A stretch of 64,000 bases of DNA from Ramazzottius varieornatus (Eukaryota > Animalia > Tardigrada). Shown piece after piece: positions 1 to 12,607 of the stretch; position 1 is the first letter of the stretch, and every line of letters begins with the position of its first letter. The notes beneath the pieces are model-generated. The model was not told the DNA's origin. It searched no databases and was given only the letters and a program-made list of their open reading frames with translations. The stretch spans positions 6,562,448 through 6,626,447 of the forward strand of contig BDGG01000002.1 in the NCBI GenBank assembly GCA_001949185.1, in the 5' to 3' direction. The position numbers were made by a program, and so were the translations under genes.

Positions 1-662
1 CAGTAGGTGTGTCCCATCGAAGGTCCGCAAGATCAACAAAGTGACATACAGCACACATTGTGCCATATCTGTCAAGTTTTCAATACACGATGGGTTATTT
101 TTACGGCGATCAATGAGCCGATGGCCGCTAACAGTTGCCATAAAATCGGAGGCGGACCTTGATGTGTAGTTATTCACGGTAAAAAAAAGAATAAAGTCGA
201 GCTCCCAACAGGTTTTTACTGTATGTGAAGTTTTCGCACATACATTAAACCTAATCGACGTCAAAACAGCCGTGAATTCAACCTTTCCATGATTTAATTT
301 AACAAACGTACTGTACGCTTGGTGCATCTCGGTCATTATGGCATACCTTGCAGCTCAGCAGTACCTCGAGCCTTGCTCGGGCCATGTGACCTTCGCTGAA
401 ACCTTTCAAGCAAAGCAGCCATCGTAACGCTTGGTCACAAGTGCGTGCACGGTCCGGCAACCGGTACAGCTACCGGCACAGCCTCTCTGTATAGTGTAGT
501 CAACGTCGAACTGTAAAAGCAAGACAAATTGAACACCTTGTTGTACATATACGTTGCTCGTGAAACGGTCAGATTCGAAAAGCTACTGACACTGTCCGGC
601 AACGCGCTTCGTATGCGGGGAAGTTGACTGACCACTTCGACCAGTCTCTTGTGAAGTGCCAT
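1..662 (-). CDS. Hypothetical multi-exon protein, runs off the left edge (3' partial)
   Basis: Exons can be joined in frame through GT..AG introns: MALHKRLVEVV...TYMYNK | LYRLPDRARTCDQALRWLLCLKGFSEGHMARARLEVLLSCK | VEFTAVLTSIR | YGTMCAVCHFVDLADLRWDTPT. No family recognised. Confidence 0.3.
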
Positions 663-1152
663 CTGTCGAAGAAGCTGGCCTTCCGCGTTTTCGCCGCAAA
701 CAACGTCGACTCAATTCTGTCGGAGTGCTCGAAAACTTACCCTGGAATGTTCAAAGGAAGAATTATTCACTGTAAAATTACACAATGCGAAAATCGGACT
801 ATTGTTACGGATACAGAACCGAAGTCCCCGGCTTAAAGACCAGAGATTACATGTTTAAGAATGTCTCATTTGTAGGCCAAATATAGACTAGCTCTTTACC
901 ACTTTATCTGTAAGACCCGAAGGCGTTGAAACACTCACCAGTGCTTTCGGCAACGAACTTCTGTATCCAAATATCATCGGCTATTCCGTGGCGCGAAAAG
1001 TAATTCGGAAACACTTCCGGCAGAGTAAAAGCGTAAAACTTTCTGTAACAGTATCTGCTCGTAATCAATAGCGGTGGTCACTCGTCATATAGGTTGCGCA
1101 CTACGAAATTCGACATTATCCTACCGTAGAGTAGTATTCTTCGCAAAAAGTT

Positions 1153-2625
1153 ATGGAGGAGACTGGTGTACACGGGAAGATCATTCTGGTTACGGGAGCG
1201 TCGTCCGGTATCGGAGCAGCCACCTGCCGTCTTCTGGCGTCCAACGGAGCCACTGTGATTGGCGCTGCACGAAGAGAAGACCGTTTGAGGGTAAGTTACG
1301 TCAACGAGCGAGTCTGCTGACGAGCTCGCTAAAGTCTGGCACCCTCTTTCAGGATCTGGAACACGAAATAAACGCGTTGAATCGGGGAAAATTCCACGGT
1401 GATGAGCCCAATTAAGCTACTATAATGCCTTGTCTACCTGTAATGTTGTTCGGGGCTTCCGCGATGGCCCGTGTGATGTGCACGACTGTCGTCTAATGCT
1501 GATCCATCCGTGCAGGAATTAAATGTGATCTGACGCGAGAGCAGGATATTGAGGATATGTTTAGAGAAGTCGAGGAGCGATACCATCGTCTGGACTGCTT
1601 AATGGCTAACGCTGGTGTCCCGTTGCAAGGAGCGCTGCTGAACAATCACACCAAAGATTTACAACATATGATGCAGGTAAGATGGTTCTCGAAATGCGCG
1701 TTGCCTCTTCTTCCGTCGAGATCCTAAGAGGAAGACAGAACGAAAGGATTTGAGAGCTAATGGTGAAGAAACTCGAAACGGAAGCGGGAAATTTTTCGAA
1801 CTGGGCATCATACTATCAGGTTGTGACATGGTATAACACGGTATAACACGGTATAACACGGTATAACACGGTATTACATGACATGACATCAAGCACGCTC
1901 ACCCGTTGCTCCTTTTGCTGATAAAGTCAAAGTCTTCAAAGGGTTTCCGGTGGAGAACCGTTCTAATTTTTCTTCACGTTCTTCGACACATTAGGGATAT
2001 GCTCTTAGATTTTCAGATGATTCTGATATCGATGTTACAGGTGAACATTCTGGCAACAGCGATTTGTATTCGGGAAGGTGCACGTTTGATGCAGAAGGTG
2101 TCGCCATCAAGCGGCCACATCGTGATTGTCGGAAGGTGGGTTCTTCGTCATACATATGTAGCTGTCCGCCACATGCATGATGCGTTCACGAATCTATCCT
2201 TTGCAGCGATAATGCTCACAAAATTCCCGCAGCTCCCCTGATGCATTTTTACGCTGCCACTAAGTGCGCAGTCCTCGCACTCGCTCAAGGTCTTCGTTTG
2301 GAGCTCGTGGGAATCGAAAGCAAAATTCGAGTCACGGTAACTGCCTCGACCATCCTTCGCATTTGTGGAATTCTCCAATAACTTTTCACCGTTCTAGCAC
2401 CTGTCACCCGGTCCGGTTCGGACAGAAGCAAGTAGCAGCATGTTCCCTAACATGAAGGACCCGCAAGCGGAGCTCTTCGCCAACTATACGCCCTTAGAGT
2501 CGGACGACATTGCGAATGCCATCTTGTACGCCATCTTAGCACCGCCCAACGTAAATGTGAATGAAATCGTGGTGAACCCTATCCAGGGTGACAGTATCCC
2601 GCGACCGAAACACCTTTCTGGCTGA
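1153..2625 (+). CDS. Short-chain dehydrogenase/reductase, DHRS11/farnesol-dehydrogenase-like (multi-exon)
   Basis: Exon 1 reads MEETGVHGKIILVTGASSGIGAATCRLL...AARREDRL (TGxxxGxG Rossmann motif). Later exons give ANAG, VNILATAICIREG, catalytic YAATK and C-terminal DDIANAILYAILAPPNVNVNEIVVNP. Confidence 0.88.
1830..1879. repeat. Intronic tandem repeat (GGTATAACAC)x4 plus a degenerate fifth unit
   Basis: Directly visible 10-bp tandem array inside an SDR intron. Confidence 0.9.
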
Positions 2626-2748
2626 TGAAGAAAATTCATTCCAGTTCACGTCCGGTCATGTACAAGTAGTAAAACTCTATTATCAACTACTATCGAATCT
2701 CTTCAAGGGAAAGATTTTGGGTATTGTGTAAAGAGACCAGCAGCAGGT

Positions 2749-5038
2749 TTACGGTAAAAAGTAATTTTCTTCGCAAAAGTTGATATGGTTATAAACGAAA
2801 CGGATACGCTTCTGTAGAATATGGCTTGTCTTTGGCCCGATGCCGGGCAGGCGGCTTTGGAGGTGCGGATACTCGAGAATAAACGCCTTCATCAATTGAG
2901 CGGCAGCGTTACGGCTTTGGTGGAGTTTCTTTATGGCACTGACAGTGTTCTTGTTGAAGAGGCAGAAGGACTGCAGGAGCGGTTGTAAATATTTGTCGTA
3001 CTGGTCCAGCAGACGATAACCGTGAAACAGCCCTAAAACAATAAGCTTCGTATATAGGAGCGAATATGTGGCAAAAGTCAAGCCAAGATAAGCACCATAT
3101 GGGCCATTAATAGTCCTGCTTACCCGATTCGTTATCCATAAAAATGAAGCGTCCATCGTCGTCGGCAATATTGTGGACCGGCATGGACAGCATCTGCTGA
3201 TGCCACTGGAGATTGGAGATCAAGGAAGCAATGCGGTCAGTGTTGCCCAGCAGATAGTCAAAGATGAACAAGTCTGACCACTGAACAAGCTCCCGTAATT
3301 CATCTTTGGATAATTGCTCCAGCTGTTGCGATCGCGACGATATCAGGGGACAGTCAGCCGGCAGCACTTTGTCAGGCTTTGATGACGGCGCTGTCGAGTT
3401 TATAGCCAGAAGAACTTCCGTCCTGTTCCTAATTTCGATCGAAGTATTCACTGCGTCAAGGCTGACAGGAATCTCACGTGGTGGACCGACAATGGCGTTA
3501 ATAAGCGGGTGAAGGATTTTAGGGAGGTAGAGCGGTTTGAGGTTGGTGATGTACTTGGTTATAATGAAGGGTTTGGTGGGATCCCAAGTGGAAGACTGAT
3601 GAATTTGCTCCATGACGCCTTCGAAGAGCTGATTTCGGACAGCTCTGGTCAGCAGTGTTGGTGGGAGATGATGGCGCATTTGGAGCAGGTCAGCCAAAAA
3701 ATAGGAGAAAGCTTCACCCTGAATCTCCTCGTAGTTATGCCGTTGTTTCAGACAGGCTTGACTGCCATCATCAAATTTGACAAGGTAATTGCGGCCACAA
3801 TGAGGCCCATTAGACTCCATATGGACAACCTGACGATGTGTTTTTACCTCTTTGATCCACTTTTCCGCGTCACTGACGACCTTTCTGTCGATGGCGTCAG
3901 GATGGAAGGGCGTGGCAGCTAAGCCGTCTAATATCCAGTAGATACCCCGTATCATTTTGTTCAATTTGCTAATCGTCGGTAAGCCGCTATGCTTTCTGTT
4001 ATTGATGCCCACAATCAGCTGGCTTTGGTTGGTCAGTCGGCTGGAAATATTAGCCAAATCTCTTGGAGGAAAGCTAGCCGAGGGGAAGAAGCCAGGACGA
4101 GGTCGGAAAGACGGATAACGCACCATGCTGACTTGGACATGATCGGCTGTCCTGTTCTCTCCTTCTTCCGCCACTGATGGTCGAGATGCATTTACCTGCA
4201 GGTTTCCTCCGTCTGTCACCTCAGGGGCCGGGGACTTTGCCGAGGTAATTGGTCCGGGATTAAGTACTACCTGGAGTGGCGGATGTGAAGACTCAGATTC
4301 TATCGGTGAATTTCTGACGGTATCGGCCTCACCAGAGAAGGGGATAACATCTGAAAGAGGAAATCAATCCATCTTGGCATAATGTTCTCGCATATTCAAA
4401 TCAGCAGGCAGTTATCGAGCTATCATATTTCTGAAGTAAATATACTTGTCGCTGTATGCAAAGCTATCGAAACCGGTCCTCCGAGCAATCCACAAAATTA
4501 TCGTTTTATTTTCATGGTTTTCTGGATGCTGGGGTTAATTGTTTACATCATCGACCTGACTCCCGGGCAACGCCCATCCGAATATTCTATTACGTGTTTG
4601 GGAGCTGCGCATACAAAACGTACAAGATGGTCAGATCAAGTGGCGCGCAGTTTAAATAATTTTGGCTGGTGGTGTGCGCCACTCAAGACAGCCATCTTGT
4701 GCGCTTTGTTTGCCCAGCTTCCATCTCACGTAAAGGGAACATAGTCAGTTTTTGCGCAGAGCATGGGATCGATATCATGTCGGCATGCAAGGCAAAGGGG
4801 CGATTATTTTGGAAATTCGATCTCTGAGATCGAGCAATCTGAACTCGCCATAGACCAATAAATCTTCTAACGGAAGCGAAAGTGCAATAAAAACAAAGGA
4901 AGTGCCGGTCTGGATAAGGACTAAAAAAGGCAAGCTGAGCTATTAGTTACCTTGAGCAGGGAGCGTTGACTGGACTGATCGTGGCTGGCAAGATGAGAGG
5001 AAGCAAATAATCATAACACTCGTCCAGAGAAGATCCAT
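2749..5038 (-). CDS. fj: Four-jointed (FJX1-like) Golgi kinase; 5' exon uncertain
   Basis: Motifs FDDGSQACLK, EIQGEAFSYFLADLL, QWSDLFIFDYLLGNTDR and FMDNESG (catalytic DNE), plus terminal exon GLFHGYRLLDQY...CLF. The hydrophobic candidate first exon 4951-5038 (MDLLWTSVMIICFLSS) is tentative. Confidence 0.88.
4599..4723. repeat. 125-bp palindromic element, copy A (probable fj intron)
   Basis: TGGGA...CAAGTGGCGCGC(4637-4648)-N25-GTGCGCCACTCA(4674-4685)...TTCCA, with imperfect inverted arms. Confidence 0.85.
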
Positions 5039-8000
5039 TTCGCGCGCGGTTGAGAAACGGCAAATCTTGGAACTTGATCCGGAATTAGCTGGCCAGAAAA
5101 GACGTGATGATGGGGCTTCCTTCTTTCAGTTCTCTGCAAATACGTGCGAAAAGTCAAGTCAACTGTCACTTGTTCAATTGGCAAAAGTACAAATGGCATA
5201 CAGAAGGGTCAACTGCACTTACGAGGCCCTTCACCACTGGACACCAGACAAAAAAGATTCCCCGTAGATCGCCGGCAGGAATTTACTGTTGGATACTTGT
5301 TTTGATCGTATCGGCATCTGTGAACAGCAAGCCGCGTCTTCGGTCATAAAATGTGCGATATTCGGGAGGACAAAGGGGGCTCTTGATTGCATATAGCGGT
5401 CAGCTGTTATGGCTTAGGTCGGCAATCACTCTCTAGACAATTAGCCCATAAAGTCTCAACGCAAACAAATTTACCACAGATATCAAGCCTCACGAGGGAA
5501 TGCTCCGAGGGAGAAAATGTCCAGAGATGGAATGGATTTCCAAGAAGGAGAAAATGGCCAAATGAAGCCGCCCTGCAGCCAAGCCATGGTATACGTGACC
5601 AAGCTCTTCACTTGTACAGCCGGCCAGCGTCCATATCAGTGATGGGCGTGACAAACTGGCCGTCCGTATCATGACGACTAGGCGGTCAAGGCGGAAAGGA
5701 TAGCGGCAGGAAAGGTGGCAGATTGACAGGCAAATCTGGGCATATTGTGAAAGACCTGTTCCGCCTCCTGACCACTCCATTCAGTCCTACGATCATCAAA
5801 ATAATCAAATGTAATAACTGTAATTATACCAGATAATCCTATCGATATTCCATTCTTTCCACAAAGGGACACCATAATTCACAATCGACTTACCCCGCAC
5901 TTTTCCGTTTAAGAATTTTCCGTAAATGGTAATTATGCTGACGATCCACGGACAAGAGATGCGGCTGGCAAGCGTGGAATGTTCTCTTTTCCGTAAGGCT
6001 TCTTAGAAAGATTCCAAAATACGCTCATTCAGATCTTGAAGTGATTTTATATTCCAACTGGAGTGAGAGAAAACAGTCTTCTCGCTTACTCACCCTTACG
6101 ATGTCTATTAACCCCAAATCAATTTTAAGCCTTTTTTCTTTCCTTGTTTTCCCGATTGAACTTAATCGGATGGGTTCTCGAACCGCCCGTGTTGTCCTCC
6201 GGTCTTTTCACTGTCGTCCTGTCGCTGTTATAGATGAAACCAATAAATTGTTTTTATTTGGTTTGTACGAGCTTGATTGTTCAGAGCAAGCAGATGAAAA
6301 TTCATACAGAGCCCCGAATATGCTCCATACAAAACAATTACAGCATCGGCATTATGCACGATCGGCATTATTCTGATGTTGACCAAAGGACCGAACAACC
6401 AGGATGTCCATTGAAATATCCTCCGAAGCCGGCTGCATGCATGTTCAACAATAACATCCCATGATGTTTCGAGGACTAGCTATGCGCAAACCGGCGTTTC
6501 CAACTTTTATTCTTCTGGTATGCCCAAGTTAGAACATACAATATAACGCTTTCTGTATAAACGACATCTGCCTTTTGCGCAGAACTTTAGAGTAGCTTCT
6601 GCTTGTGAAAATTTGACCTCGGTATTTTGGTAAAATTTTGCAGGTAGAGTCAGAGCATAGCAATCTCAGCTGGGGTTGTAATGAAAAACGCGTCGCTTAA
6701 CATAGCCCGCTGTTAATGGTACATGCTTCTCTCTCACCTTCCACCTTTTGAAATGGACAGTCCATCTGACGGGAAACGATCGGACGCTGTGATCGTCGAA
6801 TGATGGATGACTTTTGGACAAAGTTTTCAACTGTCAGTCCACAGTTCACAACACAGCACCCTCTCCCCAGCTGACAAATCCCCCACCATATTCTCCCAAC
6901 CGAAGAGAAAATGCAAAGAATTTGAATCAGGAATACACAGCCAAAACCCGAATATTCAGGTAGTTTGACTTACTCAGATTAAGGATAAGAGAAAAATATT
7001 TTGCATAATAAAAGATAACTTCCTGGTTCCCCAGCACGAGGTTCGAGTTTTCTGCCACAATTGAATTATTTGACTGTCCATTTTCGCTCCACTCGACTAT
7101 CTAATGGATATAAGCCCCCGTAATTAGTGTAAGGTGTGCCCTATCGAATTTGATTAGCGGCGGAGACAATGCAGATGGCTGTTTTGGATAATGTTTCGGA
7201 CAGCTTAACCTCACAGCGAGGGGATGCTCTTGAACAAAACCTAATTGCATGGCGGGGTGAAAGAAAGCAGTGCAAAACAATGTTCCTGGCTGTCTTCGGT
7301 CCCTAATTCCTATTTCATTCCTCAAACATGATACGAACAATCAGAGGGCATCTCACCAGACTCTTTCCTGACCACTCCATTTTAATCTTGGACTCACTTG
7401 AAATTTTGCCTAAAGAGCGCCAAGGGAGAAATGGTGGATTCAACTGTTCAAGTGGTCCTCATACATGTGCCAAAAGGTCAGAGAATGTGAAACGTACAGA
7501 AAAGCGTGCCTAGAAAGCGATCGGAGATGGAAGAGGTAAGGGAAGAGGTGAAGTGAAAAGGTACAGTGACCAGTGTCCACCTGCTCTTGAGATGAGCCTC
7601 GCTCATCGATCGAAACATGCCATTCCTGACACATTGGCAAGTTTGCTCTGGCTTATTGTACTGGAAGTAATTGTCCGATAAATCATTCGTGATGGCGAAC
7701 GCTTGTTTAGTTTTTGCTCGCTCCTTCGTTCCCAGTGCATGCTGATCAGGTGAGGAACATGAAGCAAGTGACAATTCATGGCATTTCGTGTTGACTCTAC
7801 GCAAACACACGTCTCAAACCTTCACAAAAACCCGAATATGCAACAGCTGGACCGGGCTGGACCCTTTCGTTACAAAACAATACGGCGGTAGGACAAAAGG
7901 TATTCGGCGTCAAGAATGCCGTCGTAATGAAGTTTGCCGTAATCGTTTCTGTCAACGATACAGACATGTTAAGGATATTCCCATTCGCCTGACGACATAT

Positions 8001-8669
8001 TTCGTGCAATCACCATTACCACAGCGCCATTACCACATAAGACATCACTATGATCAGTCATCATCCAGAGCCTGCAAGAATAATCTGGCGCAGGTGCTGG
8101 CTCCAGCCAGTCTTTCCGGTTTCCGGGTTAGTCTGCCATTTTTATACGAAAATTCCGGTCAGATTAGTGCCGAGCATGGCCTTGTCAGGTGTTAGTACCC
8201 TAGTGAACAGGCAATGGAACTCGAGTCTTGCTGGTCATCGGACCAATTCTAGACTGGCTACGAGTACGCAAACGGATTTTAAATGAGTGAAAAACATTCA
8301 AAAATACGACTTCCAGTTTTATTGAACGGAGCAGAACTCTGATAATAGACCTGTTTCGCAAGTCACGTTGCGGCTCTGAATAGAATAAAATCTCATGATT
8401 TTATACTGTGTCAGTGTCTGTGCAGAAACCGTTTCGCGGTTTGCTCACTTCCGGCACAGAATATTAGCATAAAGGGATATTAGGCCGCGCGAGTTCAGCA
8501 GGGCATCGGAATTCGCGTGGCCTGTCACTTAGCCCTTTACTGGATAAAGCCTGGACTTCTTTCGCTTTTTCTGGTGATAGTTTCGGGAAGACAATTATCT
8601 CTTCCTAACTTCAATGCTAGTTTCGGTCGAAAAACATGATGGATTTCGAGAAGGAACGAGAGCGGAAGT

Positions 8670-8724
8670 CAAGTGGCGCAATGTGGGAGAGGCGTGTAGC
8701 TCGGATCACTTGACGCGCCACTCC
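8670..8724. repeat. Degenerate palindromic-element core, copy B (intergenic, atypical 31-nt spacer)
   Basis: CAAGTGGCGCAA(8670-8681)...ACGCGCCACTCC(8713-8724); arms poorly preserved. Confidence 0.45.
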
Positions 8725-8773
8725 ACCGAAATTTAAAATTTCGACCAAAGTGGTCAATAGTACAATCAACTCA

Positions 8774-8870
8774 GCTTGCACAGAATTTCAAATTCTGTGC
8801 AGCGATATTAGACAAAGCACAAGCCGTGGATAACTGCACAGCATAAAACCTATACTTATGCTGTGCAAGC
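8774..8870. repeat. Pair of short perfect inverted repeats, both bounded by TGCACAG...CTGTGCA
   Basis: TGCACAGAATTT-C-AAATTCTGTGCA (8777-8801) and TGCACAGCATAA-N9-TTATGCTGTGCA (8835-8867). Confidence 0.8.
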
Positions 8871-8935
8871 CGAAAACATGACTTGTGAAACAGGTCCAAT
8901 ATCTAGACGTCTCGAAAATACAATACGAAGACTGT

Positions 8936-10479
8936 TCAGAAGCCACTGTAATGTCCAAGACGGTAAAGCAAAGCTTCGCCCTTATTATTACCCACCGCCA
9001 TATACCCGCTATTCAATGAGAAGTCCACAACATCAGCTTTGCGTACTTTATCATTCAAACCAGGGAAACTAGCCACTATCTGCATCTCTGTCATATGCAG
9101 CAGCTTCATCGCTCCATGTGTATGGTTGCTCCCCAAAGCCAGGAGCTCGGACGTCGGGTTAAACTTCAGGAAGTCAATCTGTGTGGTCAGGTTCATCACG
9201 CTCTTCATCGGAACAGTTTTCCCATGGGAAAGCTCCTTCTTGTCATACACGTTCACCACACCAGAGTTCGACCCTATGGCCAAGTAGGCATCGTTCGGCG
9301 AGACTGCAGCTGCAGTACCGACCACACAACCTTCGTCCACGAAACTCGTGGAACAGGCGCGCGACCTGAGGTCCCATACGTGAACTCTTCCACCGTCGCC
9401 GACACTGTACAGATACTTGCTGTCACCGGAGAAGGAAGCCACATTCACTGCGCCGTTCGTCTTGAGCGAGTACAGCCACTCTCTGGTTCTTCCAGAGAGG
9501 ATGTGCATGAGACCGTCTCGGGCGGGGAAGGCTAGTGAAGAGTAGTCTGGTGAAACGCTGAACCGCCGGAAGTTCTGTTCGGGAATCGCTTTGTTGCGGA
9601 GAATCTTGGTAGTCTTCTCGGAAAGAAGATCGAAGAGGTACATCGTTGAATGAGCCTAGAAGGGCGAAATTCTCGTGAATACAAAGTTAGTGAACCGGAA
9701 GTATTCTTTACCTTAGAACAAGCCAGGAACTCCGAGCCTTGGTTCAGAAAATGCGCGCAGCTTATTGGAAAGCCTTCGAAGTACACGCTCTTGAGTTTTG
9801 GGTTAGTCTTTCCATCGACCTCGAAGAGCGTAGCGCTGTGATCAAAGCTGGCAACCAGAGCCATCTGGGCCGTGGGATGGAACTCCAAAGCGTGGACAGT
9901 ATTCTTAGCAGGACTTTCATAATTTAGATTGGTCAAGCGTTTACACTGAAAGTTCTTCAGAGGTAAGTATCTGGAAGCGCTATCAACATAGCTTCCGGTT
10001 GAGTTTGTGAGAGGATCGGAAGCATCTGAAACGCTCTGAGGCTTCTGCAGTGCCCATGCAGGAGTAGGCAGGTTTTTTTCGTATTCGTTACGAAGTCGTC
10101 GGGCTAGCTCATCTGCACTGACGTGTTTCTCGGTCGTTAAACGAAATCTTTTGTACCTTTGGTTCTCCCGGACGCTGACAAGGTTATCCGCATCATCTTC
10201 GTCGATCCAAGCGTTAGCAGATTCTTCCTCGGCGTCGTCGGCAGGTGCGAAGTCCGCAGGCCGTTTTGGTGCGCTACTTAGCGCTTCAACGAAGTCTGCG
10301 CTTCTTCCCAGGACAATCTCTTCTAACCGCTTTTCTTTTGCCGATTTGTCTGGAAATACCACAAAGTATGATCTTACAAGTTTACTAGAACGCAGTGCTT
10401 ACAGAATTCACTTACCGTCGTGCGCCGGTGTCGATAAGTACTCGTTCAAAACAGCTGACAGCAGATCGTCTTCCGTCAT
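8936..10479 (-). CDS. UTP18: U3 snoRNA-associated protein 18 (WD40), 3 exons
   Basis: EKRLEEIVLG, AWIDEDD, LRNEYEK..PTPAWA, LEFHPTAQMALVAS...VDGKTNPKL, FVDEGCVVGT, NLTTQIDFLKFNPTSELLA and C-terminal LLYRLGHYSGF are UTP18 hallmarks. Confidence 0.93.
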
Positions 10480-11092
10480 CCTGGGCGACGACGGTCCTTT
10501 TCTATGCTACTTGAGAGAGGTGATTCAAGTGTCCTACCAGTTTGCATTCACCAGCGACAGCCGCAGTCTGCAGAGTTAGGATCGACTGAAGGTCCGAAAC
10601 AAACGAGGGAACAAGCGCGAGGTGAGAGAGAGAGGATCATCCAGATTCCGAAAATGTGAATCGCAGTATAGGATTGCGAAACAGCCAGCTTCCGAGTGCC
10701 GTCGATCAATCAAGTGTACCGCCGAATCAATGAAAGATTACATCTATGTGTCATGTCATGTTTGATGTGTTTGTAAGGCTGTCCGTACGTAATGCCCACG
10801 TTACAAGTGTATATGTTGTGGTTATGTCGTGTTGTATACCGCAGCTTGCCGATAACGTATATGCAAACGGCGAAAGCAAGCTGCACGGTGAGAACTGCAA
10901 TGTTCTTATACCTACCGGAGTCAGCTGTGGGCGAAGTTGATCTTCAAGCTTACGATTCATTCCTCCAGCCTCCAGGATCCCACATGCAAGATATCTCCCC
11001 CTGAACCTAGATCTCTTTAAAGACCGCTTGTAACATCTGCGAGTGCTCCTGCAGCGCACTAATCTTGTTCCCTGCGTCGCATCACCTTCACC

Positions 11093-12607
11093 ATGATGTC
11101 TTGCAAGATGGTTGCCCTTGTTCCTGTCAGGTACGTGAATTCCTCTGATCATCATCCGTCTGACTACACTATGGGAGATCTCCCTCTTTGTAGCATGGCT
11201 GGACAGTTTGGTCAGCAAGTACGAGGGATGGCTACGCTGAAGATGAGTAAGTAGGAAGCTGCTCGAGATTGCAGCAACAGTTTTCTTCACTTCAACTGTG
11301 CTATATATATGTGCATGTATATTGATATGTGGACCTGTTCGTTGCAGTTTCCCTTCGTCTAAAGTCTGTCAAAAACATCCAAAAGATTACCAAGTCCATG
11401 AAGATGGTGTCCGCAGCTAAATACGCAAGGGCAGAAAGAGAGTTAAAGCCAGCTCGACCGTACGGTGCAGGAGCTTCCGGTAAGCAGTAGAAACACTACT
11501 GTATAACCCGTGTATTGTATTGAAGTGTCTAGCACAAGTCGCATCCACCATCATAACTATAGCAATGCTGTTCTATCCTGTAGCATTCTACCAGAAGGCG
11601 GAACTGAAATCCGATCCCACAAAGAAGAACCATTTGGTTGTTGCCATCAGTAGTGACAGAGGGCTCTGTGGGGGTATCCACTCCGGAGTAGCGAAGGCAA
11701 TCAGGAACGATATCAATGATCAAGGCCTCGACAGGGATAACATTAAGATCGTCGCAGTCGGAGACAAGGCTCGCGGTATTTTGCAGCGGTAAGAACTTCG
11801 CAACACCTCGGAGTATTTTTCTTCTCAGTTTGTCTAACGTAACCGATTCTTCTTGTAGAACAATGAGAGACAACTTCTTGCTATCTGTGAAGGAGTTAGG
11901 CCGAATGCCACCGACGTTTGGGGATGCTTCGGAAGTCGCCGAGGCCATTTTGAGTTCGGGCTACGAGTTTGACAGTGGAAGCATTTACTACAATCGGTTC
12001 AAGTAAGTTAGTTCCATGCGAGACGGAAGAGGTGATATGACCATAGTCTGGGAGGTCGGAAAACAAGTTCGACCAGATCGCTTCCCCAAGTGACGCACGA
12101 CTCTGGCCAATATTACTGTACATGTGCACCACTTGAAAAGAGATCTGGACGAGGTTGTTTGTAGAGTTTCCGTACCGGGCGTGTCATTGTTCACGTTCTT
12201 TAGGTCTGTGGTTTCTTACCAAGCCATGAGCCAGCCGCTGTTTTCACTGGAGACCGTGTCGAAGTCGGAGAAGCTGAATATTTACGATGACATCGATGCT
12301 GATGTACTCAGAAGCTACATGGAATACAACATGGTCAGCTTGATTTACTACGCTATGAAGGAGAACGCAGCCAGTGAACAGAGCTCGCGTATGACATCCA
12401 TGGATAACGCCAGTAAAAACGCCGGTATGTACCAGACCTTGAATCGCTGTTTATGCCACGAAGTAACCGGATTGTAAACTAATTTTTCTTGATCGATGCT
12501 TCTTAGGTGAGATTATCCAGAAGCTGACACTGACTTTCAACCGAACTCGTCAAGCTGTCATCACAAGAGAGCTTATTGAAATTATTTCTGGAGCTTCTGC
12601 ATTATAA
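11093..12607 (+). CDS. ATP5F1C: Mitochondrial ATP synthase F1 gamma subunit (multi-exon)
   Basis: Presequence ...[70 protein letters not shown] and [23 protein letters not shown]. Confidence 0.97.
12049..12172. repeat. Palindromic element copy C (ATP synthase gamma intron 12003-12203)
   Basis: TGGGAGGTCGGAAAAC...CAAGTGACGCAC(12087-12098)-N25-GTGCACCACTTG(12124-12135). Confidence 0.85.

Noticed and set aside
346-510. In-frame TGA codons in a Cys-rich reading suggesting selenocysteine or readthrough
   Set aside because: An alternative acceptor near 470 gives a stop-free in-phase exon, and no SECIS is evident.
5040-8660. Many short ORFs upstream of four-jointed
   Set aside because: No coherent protein signal; more plausibly fj 5'UTR exons, introns and enhancers.
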